Shown here: positions 1-7,754 of the stretch, piece after piece
Layout of the letters: the number at the start of each line of letters is the position of its first letter
Numbering within the stretch: the first letter of the stretch is position 1
Assembly (NCBI GenBank): GCA_051294375.1
Contig: JBJCIZ010000409.1
Location: 1 to 8,117 of the forward strand
Length of the DNA: 8,117 nt
Direction: 5' to 3'
From: Paraspadella gotoi
Lineage: Eukaryota > Animalia > Chaetognatha
Position numbers and translations under genes: made by a program
Notes under the pieces: generated by a model
What the model was told of the DNA's origin: nothing
The model's database searches: none
What the model saw: only the letters and a program-made list of their open reading frames with translations

Positions 1-73
1 CGCCTGAGGATTATAAATGTTGTAATGTGGATCTCCCGCTGGTGCCTGACTCTCTGTTCTATTATTTGTTTGA

Positions 74-84
74 CCTCCTCCCCT
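74..84 (-). other. Possible polypurine tract downstream of integrase
   Basis: Minus strand reads AGGGGAGGAGG about 110 nt after the last recognisable integrase motif. It is not followed by a clean TG LTR start. Confidence 0.3.
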
Positions 85-189
85 ATGTGAAATACGACTC
101 GCCTTGTCTCGCTGCTGGTGGCCGTCCTCTTCGTGGGGCTGCTGGAGGGCTGTTGTGTTGGTCATCCGGTTCTGTTTGTTGGCTGTGCC

Positions 190-1235
190 TTGATCCTTTC
201 GTATGAAATATTTCTCTTCCTCTGGCCGGGATTACCACTGTGAAGGTCTTGTCATCGTCTTAGACTATTGTAAGGGCCCAAGTAGGGCTACGCTAGCCGA
301 GTGACCCTGTTGGCCGCGAAGCACCAAAAAACCCAGTGCTGAGCAAAGCTTGTGAGGAAGAATGAACAGGTGGTTATTGAGTGCCAACTAGGAACTACTG
401 GTCTCAACAAATCGCAACGTGTGTCTCAAGTTTTGCAGCTCATTTTGGGCATTTGCTCTTGTTGGCGTGTACCTATTACCAGTTCGCCTGGGAATTGCAT
501 TGTATCTCCGAATACAAAGTTCTGCTGGTGATGCTTGTAAGTGTCTTCTTTTGTTGCGAGCCTGAGTCCTAATAAGACCCAGCGTAAGTTGATTTGAACC
601 AATTTGTGTCCTGGCTTACGCATCACAACCGCTTTCAATTGATTGCCTCATGGTACAGTGAAACCAGTTTGTACCATCACCGTTCGCCTGTGTGGTGGTA
701 AGCTTGTGGTGGTTTTGAGTCTTGTAGCCTATAGCTTGGCCTCACTGATGCCTACAATTCAAAATGAATGTGTTTCCACGTCGGATTGTGACCTGGCTGG
801 TACATCCAGAATTCATGGCGATACACAGTTCTGAAGGAAGGCTGTTGACTACAGTTACTGCGAGATTCCCAAGAGGATAGACTTCAAGGCCAGCGAGAAA
901 AAACGATTCTACACAGGTTAAAAAGGTACGTGTAACCGCCTGAGGTGGGCAAGGGACCCACCAAGTCAATTGAATGTGTTCGAACACGCCTCAGCATGAG
1001 CTGCTTTGAAAGCGTGTAGTGAGCCTGGTGTGTCGTTGTACCTTGCTGCGCTGGCAGTCTAAGCAACCTGAGCCCATTTTGCCACGTCTGACGCGCTTTG
1101 GCCAAACAAATCTCTTTGTTATCAGCTTTTTTGTGCATCTGACGTTCCTCCTCCGGTGAGCTAGGTTGTGGATGGCATCAATAAACTCGACGGCGCCAAG
1201 TTGTGGAACCAAGGGGCGCGCCCTGCCTGAACTGA
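190..1235 (-). pseudogene. pol: pol: integrase remnant (HHCC zinc finger, DDE core, GPY/F module)
   Basis: DVSSGRARPLVP...IHNLAH...RFVWP...CLDCQRSKVQRH (HHCC at 1054-1170), IDLVGPLPTSGGYTYL...FSRWP, AYH..QANG, WVLLGLR..KED...VFG...PGE, and PYLGPY at 270-287 followed by DDKTFTV and ISYERIKA. Confidence 0.93.
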
Positions 1236-1499
1236 CATCATCAAGATTGATGTCCAAATCGTTCAGCGAACTATCTTGAATCGCAGGCGGTGTGGCGTCC
1301 CCAGGAGTCCTGCATCTCCTCGTGGAACTTGGTCACGGCGTAAAGCGGCAAATCGACGCCTTGGGGGCCAACTGACGTTTGACCGTTTGCGATCAAAGAG
1401 GGCATTTTCAGAAAGTCCTGATGATCGTCTATCAGTTCGGCACTGCTTGCTGGGCTGATCGATTCTTGATAGTGTAGTCCGTCCTACCACGTTATGCCA

Positions 1500-1835
1500 T
1501 TAACCACTCAAGATATCAGATGTTCTGTTATGTATTCGGAGATGCAGAAATTTGATATGTCTTACGCATTGAGTGTGCTCAGATTTTTGCGTATGGAGCG
1601 GGAACTAGGCGTTCTTCAGAGAACATACGAAGTAGCGCCCTTCCAGGAAGGGCCTGAATGCCGGACTGAGCGGTTGCGCAATGGAGTTCCCCGGTCGAAA
1701 GGTGGCCATTTTGTCTGAGTTCTGATAGCTAGCAGGGGCTCGGAGAAAAGCCTAAGGGTATGCACATTGACCACCAATCTTCTGCTCCAGACGCCGCCGA
1801 TGCCGTCAGTGACGCATCGACGGTCAGGCCGATGG
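1500..1835 (-). pseudogene. pol: pol: RNase H remnant
   Basis: LTVDAS (DAS at 1810-1818), DGIGGV, EQK, PLGFS, FDR/EL and RPFLEGR fragments occur in the expected order but in different frames. Confidence 0.8.
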
Positions 1836-1949
1836 TGCCCCCCGTCTCACAGCAGACTGGAAACTTGTTGCGTTTGCTAGAGACTTTCTTTCGACTGTTG
1901 AAAGGCTTGAGTCATTTCACTCAGGTCCATTATAAGGACTCGGGTTCCT

Positions 1950-2810
1950 TTTAAGGCTTGTGTATAAGGTGTAAGGACTTAGGCTGATTATGTGGAATGA
2001 AACGCCGTAGTAGGACGCATGCCCAAGTATCTTTGAACCTCTTGACTGATTTGCTGGAGGGAATTGCTTGATGTGCTTCGACTTTTGTGTTCCAATTGGC
2101 CTGACGCCGTTGGTCTACCTGGTAACCGAGAAAGTCGATGATGGTACCCCAGTTACACATTTGCCCTGTTCACTACTAAACCATTTGCTTGCAGGTGTCA
2201 AACAGTAGTGTGAGATCTTGCATGTGTTCTTCTTCATTGCTTGAGGCGACCAGGATGTCATCTAGATATACAAAGATGTGTGGTACATCTTTGAGGGCTT
2301 CGTCCATCATCCTTTGAAAATCGGGACCTGCATTCTTGAGGCAAATGGGGTGACGGGAATTCCCACGAGCCAAAGAGTTATGACGGCTTTTTGCAAATAT
2401 CCTGCTCTGCTACAGGTACTTGATGGTAGCCTTTACAAAGGTCTACTTTTGAAAAAATTGTTTTGCCTGCGACATGTGCATTGAAATCCATCAAATTTTG
2501 ATGGGGTAGCTGGTTGTCTTTTGTGACTGCGTTGAGGCGCCTGTAGTCGCCGCAACATCTGAGTGAGCCGTCTGGTTTTTCACCAACATGTAGTGGTGAT
2601 GCCCAGCACTCTTGCTCTTCCTTATAATGCCCAGCTTCTCCATTTTTGCAAATTCTTCTTTGGCTGCTTTGAGTTTGTCAGGCGCAAGTCGGCGTGCTTG
2701 GAATGGACAGGCGGACCTCGTTGGAAGTGTGTGTTCTACACCATGCTTGGTCTTCGAAGGTCAAATCTGAGTTGTGTGAGTTCTGGGCGTTCGTCAATCA
2801 ATTTGAAATA
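1950..2810 (-). pseudogene. pol: pol: reverse transcriptase remnant
   Basis: KHGVEH...GPPVHSK/ARRLAPDKLKAAKEEFAKMEKLGIIRKS, WASPLHVGEKPDGSLRCCGDYRRLNAVT, AGKTIFSKVDLCKGYHQVPV, LKNAGPDFQRMMDEALKDVPHIFVYLDDILVAS (YLDD at 2257-2268), and IDFLGYQV...RRFIPH. Interrupted by frameshifts. Confidence 0.97.
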
Positions 2811-2879
2811 GGCATTATTGACTGTATTGACTCTGAAAGGCCTGTCCAGATAAGATTTGCCTGTGATTGTTGAAAATCG

Positions 2880-3190
2880 TCAAGATCGACGAGTAGGCCG
2901 AGCTTGTGGTTGGCGGCTAAATGATGCTCCATCAGAAAATCAGCTCCAAGGATAGGGGTCGTAAACGTCAGCAAGTACGGTTGTTAGTGTGTATGTGTGT
3001 CTTCCTAGTCTGATAGTGATTTTTTGGTGCCGTAGGAAGAGATTGCAGACCCGTTTGCAGCATGAAGTTGAGGCGCGGAGCCACCGCGGAGCTTTTCTGA
3101 TGGAGAAGGGCCATCAAAGTGACGCTTGCACCACCGTCCCACAAGCCATGTCATATGTTGATGTTGTCATACACGTGCAGTAAGGGTTCT
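2880..3190 (-). pseudogene. pol: pol: retropepsin-like aspartic protease remnant
   Basis: PLLHVYD...WLV/DGGASVTL (DGGA at 3127-3138), then LHAANGSAISSYGTK, VLADV, and PILGADFLMEHHL (ILGADFL at 2933-2953). Several 1-nt frameshifts. Confidence 0.88.
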
Positions 3191-3243
3191 ATACTACCAG
3201 CAGCGGCGTTTACTGCCTCCGGCTGCTGGCTCGGCCGTTTCCC
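3177..3243 (-). promoter_or_regulatory. Putative -1 programmed ribosomal frameshift signal at gag/pol junction
   Basis: Slippery heptamer G GGA AAC (3243-3237) and a 6-nt spacer. Stem 1 is GCCAGCAGC/GCUGCUGGU (3230-3222 with 3204-3196). Loop GCAGUAA (3216-3210) is complementary to downstream UUACUGC (3183-3177). The -1 frame reads GKRPSQQPEAVNAAAGSIEPLLHVYD into the protease. Confidence 0.75.
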
Positions 3244-3855
3244 CCGCTTGCATCCTGGGTAGCATTTGAATGCTCGTCTCCAAATGTCCTGTGATAGAAA
3301 CAGAGTCCGTTGACAGGTCAGGAGAGAGTTAAAGGCATTTGAGGCTGGTCGATGGTTTGAATGTGGTGTTGTTGGGGAAACGGCCTGCTGATTGTTGCTT
3401 GTTCTTCGGTAGTTAGGGCGTGCTGGCTGCCTGGGGCGCAGTTGGCCATGCGCGGAGGTCGCTGGCACACACGTTGGCGTACGTGCGTGGAGCCTTATCT
3501 TCTGTGGAAGATGTATCATCCGCCAATTTGGGCGCATAATCCTCTGTCTCCGAGTCCGATAGGTCGTCCTCGAAGATGCCCCATCTGTTGGAGGTGTCGA
3601 CGTAATTGACTTTTCCAACTGGTTTTGAGACGATCTGAAGATCGCCTTGGGCGGAATAAAATGCATCGGCCTTTTTGGCCACATGGGCCCTTCCAGCCAC
3701 ATGGGCCGGGAGGACCTCGGCAAGGATCGCGTTGAGGATGTGGTCGATCTTGAGGGATTCGACCTCTGCACGCAGTGCGGCCACAAACTGCGAGGGAGTG
3801 CGTCCTTGGAGGGAGTGATGTCAAAAAACGAACGATCACGCATGAGATCGTATAG
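3210..3855 (-). pseudogene. gag: gag remnant (C-terminal part) with CHCC zinc knuckle
   Basis: LQGRTPSQFVAALRAEVESLKIDHILNAILAEVLPAHV...AKKADAFY (ORF 3413-3784 and its upstream extension), then an acidic/low-complexity linker. LCFYHRTFGDE/AFKCYPGC follows at 3250-3302 (53 nt, i.e. one base lost). The inferred gag tail GNGRASSRRQ* ends at the TAA at 3210-3212. Confidence 0.85.
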
Positions 3856-3903
3856 AGAGAGACAGACGCACACAGAGAGAGACTGAGAGAGACTGAGAGA
3901 GAC
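3854..3903 (+). repeat. Compound (GA)n microsatellite with 10-bp unit GAGAGAGACT
   Basis: agagagagacagacgcacacagagagagactgagagagactgagagagac, located at the retrotransposon truncation point. Confidence 0.9.
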
Positions 3904-4019
3904 CTTGAACTCGTTTTTTAACGAATCAGAAAAGGCAGCGCCTGAAAAAAAATATATATAATTAAAAAATAATAGAAAACGTTTTTAGATTGATCAAACA
4001 ACGATTTTTATTAATATGA

Positions 4020-4065
4020 GACGGACATGTTTCGGCTTTAGTTTCTACAAGCCTTCATCGGCGTC
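4020..4065 (-). ncRNA. Minimal type I hammerhead ribozyme motif (copy 1; CCGAUGA core variant)
   Basis: Minus strand reads GACG-CCGAUGA-A-GGCUU-guagaaacua-AAGCC-GAAA-CAUG-UC-CGUC. Stem I is GACG/CGUC, stem II is GGCUU/AAGCC (extendable by UAG/CUA), stem III is 1 bp with palindromic ACAUGU, and the cleavage triplet is GUC. Confidence 0.78.
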
Positions 4066-4109
4066 AGAGATAATTATGAACCTTCAAAAAAGATTTGTGC
4101 AAAGGAAAT

Positions 4110-4133
4110 GAGAGAGAGAGAGAGAGAGAGAGA
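4110..4133 (+). repeat. (GA)12 microsatellite
   Basis: Perfect dinucleotide run. A second run, (GA)9, lies at 4251-4268. Confidence 0.95.
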
Positions 4134-4340
4134 AAGGGCAAAGTTTCCAACACAGAGTTGAGAGAAGAATAGTGGTCAGATGTGAGGACAGGTTAAGGTA
4201 AGGACAGAATGAGCCAGATTGTGAAAAGAAACTAAATGGTGAAAATTTTTGAGAGAGAGAGAGAGAGAACATTTGAAAATAATACATTTTTGCAATGTAC
4301 AACAAAGATAAATTTTAGAAATAACGATGAATTAAAAAAT

Positions 4341-4953
4341 AAATAAAAGAAAGGCAAAAAATGTTACAATGGTTTACAATTGGAAATTTTTCCAATTTTT
4401 TCCAATCGCAGCTTGTAAAAGATTTTATTTTTATTTGTATTAAAATTAAGATATAGCTTCTCATTAAAAAAATCCTTTGAGTTCCCATTTTTATTAAAGA
4501 TTTAAAAAAAAATTTTTGAATTTCATCTTCAATATTATATACTGCAATATGTAAATTAGATTAAAGTATTTCTATATACTAATTTGGATATTATAATGAG
4601 TACTATAATCTCATTTGCATATTGCAGTAAATCATAATGAAGTTGAAATTCAAACAAAAAATACTTAAATCCAAATGTAATAAGAAAATATCAAAGCTAT
4701 TTCAAGATGAGAAGCCATATCTAAATTTTTTACTTACTATGATCGCACACTTTTGTAAAACTTTATCATAATTCATAATAATTTTTATTTTAAAAAAAAC
4801 CGGTAAGTCACAGCCAAACCTATAAAAGCGTAGTAGTTTTTATACCAAAAAAAAGCGTGACGGACGACGATGACGACGACGACGACGACGTCACAAAGAA
4901 GCAAACCTAAAACATTATAGAGCCTGACCCGGCTTCGCCGGTCAAGGCTCGAT
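4341..4953 (+). mobile_element. Non-autonomous palindromic element copy A (Helentron/DINE-1-like architecture)
   Basis: Direct repeat of 5335-5820. It starts AAATAAAAGAAAGGCAAA and contains an internal inverted repeat (4449-4722), a (GAC)n tract (~4859-4890), and a GC-rich terminal hairpin (4920-4950) followed by an A-rich end. The duplication is directly visible; the family assignment is inference. Confidence 0.7.
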
Positions 4954-4990
4954 AAAAATCTTAAAAGCATAAAGATCGTCGCTATTGCAT

Positions 4991-4994
<4 letters not shown>

Positions 4995-5029
<35 letters not shown>

Positions 5030-5035
5030 GAGAGA
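4995..5035 (+). repeat. (AG)16 microsatellite with short interrupted tail
   Basis: Perfect AG run at 4995-5026, then TGAGAGAGA. Confidence 0.95.
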
Positions 5036-5181
5036 CAAGGAGACATAAAATAAAATAAAGGATATTTGTTTGTTTTGATAAAATGTGAACAAAACATATT
5101 TAATAACTGTCCTAACCAAATTTTAAGGACATCGATGATGATAAGTTGAATATAAATTTTAAATTAATTATTACATATTAA

Positions 5182-5230
5182 AATTAATTAATTAATTAAT
5201 TAATTAATCGATTAATTAATTAATTAATTA
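5182..5230. repeat. (AATT)n tetranucleotide microsatellite interrupted by one CG
   Basis: aattaattaattaattaattaattaatcgattaattaattaattaatta. Bases 5189-5230 form a perfect palindrome. Confidence 0.92.
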
Positions 5231-5334
5231 TCGTAGGCAGATCCGACATTGTTTGCTCAAACTTGTTTATTTATTATTGCAGCTTTGGATCGGTTGGCCC
5301 ACTATTGAGAAGAAAATATTTATATAATTTAAAG

Positions 5335-5820
5335 AAATAAAAGAAAGGCAAACAAATGTTACAATTGTTTACAATTGTAAATTGTTACAATTTTTTTTAA
5401 TCATAGCTTGTAAAAGATTTTATTTTTATTTGTATTAAAATGAAGATATAGCTTCTAATTAGAAGGTCTTTTGATTTCACATGTTTTTTATTGATTCAAA
5501 GATTTTTTTATGATTTCATCTTCAATATTATTTACTGCAATATGTAAATTAGATTAAAGTATTTCTATATATTAATTTGGAGATTATAATGAGTACTATA
5601 ATATCATTTGCATGTTGCAGTAAATCATAATGAAGTAGAAATTCAAACAAAAAATACTTGAATCCAAAGATATTTCAAGATGAGAAGCCATATCTAAATT
5701 TTTACCTTACTATGATCGCACACTTTTATAAAAATTCATCGACAACGACGACGACGTCACAAAGAAGCAATCCTGAATGGTTATAGAGCCAGGACCCGTC
5801 GAAGCCGGTCCTGGCTCGAT
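5335..5820 (+). mobile_element. Non-autonomous palindromic element copy B (internally deleted)
   Basis: Long near-identical blocks shared with copy A, e.g. AGCTTGTAAAAGATTTTATTTTTATTTGTATTAAAAT and TACTGCAATATGTAAATTAGATTAAAGTATTTCTATAT. Internal inverted repeat at 5444-5695. Perfect 11-bp hairpin stem at 5786-5796/5807-5817. Confidence 0.7.
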
Positions 5821-7754
5821 TATAAAATATAGCACCAAAGTAACCCAGTATAGTCTTGTTTATTGTTTTTATAAGAATGGAGACCTGAGACAGAAAACCC
5901 CGCTCATCAGACCAAAAACTGGCCATTCTAAAACAAAGAACCGACATTTAATTAAGTTGCACTGTAATATTTTTACAAAAAACTATCCATTCATATAATA
6001 AATAAGCTATCTTAGATGTATAGACATTTAAATTGTAACCATATTCATCAAAACTACTAAAATATTTTTAAAGATTTTACAGACCTACCACATTTAGCAT
6101 CTTCTGGGTATACTTTATAGATTTCAGAGATTGCACATTTTTGTTTCTTTCACATACTCTATACCCTACAGTCCTTTTTTTTCTAATTTGGCCTACCTAC
6201 AAGTATCTAAAAATAATGAATGACAATAAGTTAAGAATAATGTGTTATTATAACAAACCAGATGAAATATGTGGGTAATCCAATATCAACTATAAGTAAT
6301 AGTAAAACAAAATACTTTAAAACAGAAAATCAATATCATAGTATTCTCCTTGTTTATACTTGCAAGGCATTTTCCTCTATCTTCTCTCTCACATTTTACT
6401 TTGCAACTGCCTGCGCAATACGTGTAAGTAAGTGCTGAAATTAAATGCAAGGTATACATTAGACCTACTAAAACTTGTTACAAAAACAAGATGAAATTTC
6501 ACGACTCATTTTAATAGGTTCTTTTTGGTCTTTAAAAGACATTAAAACTTTCTAAACCATAAAAGCTTGACCGGAAAGGAACTCTCCAAAGCTTCCAAAT
6601 AATAGAGTCAATCCTTATTTTTACCGAAAATTGAAGCTTGAGAAATGGAATTTAAAATATTTATTTTAAAGTTATTAGATATTAGTTATTAGATAAAGTT
6701 ATCAGTAACTTTTTAGCTGGGTGCGAGTACTTGGGGAGCAATTTCAAATCATTAAGTTGGTGAGAAGGTTGGTCGGTCTGTCAGTCTATCTGCCTTAAAT
6801 TTTAAATGTTTATAATTCGGTTTATGCTACATAGGAGTCTACGCGTTCTTAAAAATCGAGGAAGACTTTTTCAATGGAGATTTTCATTAAAATCTGACTA
6901 CCAAACAATGTAAACGCCCCTGGGAAAAATTCAGGTATAAAATAGATGTAAAAACACTCGATTTAGATTCTTGTTGCATCTCAAGAGCACGCATTTTTTT
7001 CCTCTTGACAAATAACCATCATTTTGGCATAAATCCATCTGATTCAAATGGACTGGTCAACTCGGAAAAATATTTTTGATGCAATTTTTATATATAAATA
7101 AAGGGATTTCTAGACTTCAATACAATGTAAACGCATTTAAGGTATGTTGTGATTTTACAATAAACTTCGAATTCAGGAATCCAATAGCCATATGTCTGAA
7201 GGGCTCTCAAATTTTTTCTTTACATTTTTTTAGTTATTTTAATATGATACGATCATGGTAAAGTGAATTAGTCCATTTTGGTGAAATTTTTATTTAAAGT
7301 AAAAAGTAAAAGAGGAGCTAAGATCGGAATTCTAAGAGTTTTTAACCAGGAGTCAGATTCGGGAAAAATCTTCTATGGGCAAAAATCTTCCAAAGAAGGG
7401 GTGGATTTTCTGAAGATTTTGGTTAATATTTTCTATATTTATGGTCGGATTTTTTTGAAACTTACAATAGCAATATTGCCATCATTCTACATTGGCCGGT
7501 ATAAGAATACATTAATAAAACCTCTGGCTGTTTTCGTCAGATCTTAGTCCTATGCTACATCATTTTAAAAATATTTGGTAGGAATGTTATTAAGACAATA
7601 TTAGAGTATTATGAGATGCTAAAGTGTTTCATAATTGTGCCGGCAGGTGATTATATAAAAATTCAATCATATGACCAACTTTTAACTATAAAATATAAAA
7701 TAGTAAATATTTTGGAAAAGTGGTCAGGTACCATTAAATGCATACTAGGTTAAT

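Larger units (their letters stand above)
74..3855 (-). mobile_element. Degenerate, 5'-truncated Ty3/gypsy LTR retrotransposon, CsRn1-like (CHCC-gag) lineage
   Basis: Manual minus-strand translation across frameshifts gives the domain order gag-PR-RT-RNaseH-IN, typical of Ty3/gypsy. Gag knuckle is CX2HX9CX3C. No 5' LTR or PBS is visible, and homology stops at a GA microsatellite near 3855. Boundaries are approximate and the 3' LTR may extend past the window start. Confidence 0.95.
4001..4270 (-). mobile_element. Hammerhead-bearing dispersed repeat, copy 1 (Penelope-like pseudo-LTR or retrozyme-like fragment)
   Basis: Collinear with 7755-8000: ACGATTTT start, hammerhead motif, (GA)n, AAAGTTTCCAAC (4140/7877), AGATGTGAGGA (4178/7908), AAATGGTGAAA (4234/7963). 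AATAAA on the minus strand at 4007-4012 lies just 3' of the ribozyme. Confidence 0.65.

Noticed and set aside
3151-3873. 240-aa minus-strand ORF as an intact gene
   Set aside because: Mostly an off-frame reading of gag that starts in the microsatellite. Only short terminal parts coincide with the true gag/pol frames.
381-3886. Plus-strand ORFs overlapping the retrotransposon (e.g. 381-572, 1276-1458, 2563-2811, 3361-3609, 3647-3886)
   Set aside because: They are antisense shadows of the minus-strand gag-pol remnant and show no recognisable motifs.
4920-4958. GC hairpin plus A run as a bacterial rho-independent terminator
   Set aside because: The context is eukaryotic, and the hairpin is better explained as a transposon terminus.
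4341-5820. The two direct repeats as LTRs of the gypsy element or of a TRIM
   Set aside because: They lack TG...CA ends, PBS and PPT, both lie on the same side of the gypsy remnant, and they show no similarity to bases 1-73.
6140-6205. Minus-strand VGQIRK/RTVGYRVCE resembling a GIY-YIG endonuclease fragment between the two hammerhead repeats
   Set aside because: It needs a stop read-through and a frameshift, has no upstream GIY-like motif or cysteines, and no Penelope RT was recognisable upstream. A frameshift-aware HMM search would be needed.
6670-6705. Short tandem repeat AGTTATTAGATA x2 with a partial third unit
   Set aside because: An ordinary slippage duplication in AT-rich DNA. It has no spacers and is not CRISPR-like.
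7363-7420. AAAAATCTTC twice plus inverted GAAGATTTT
   Set aside because: Too short and AT-rich to define an element. Possibly an old repeat fragment, but this cannot be supported from the window alone.
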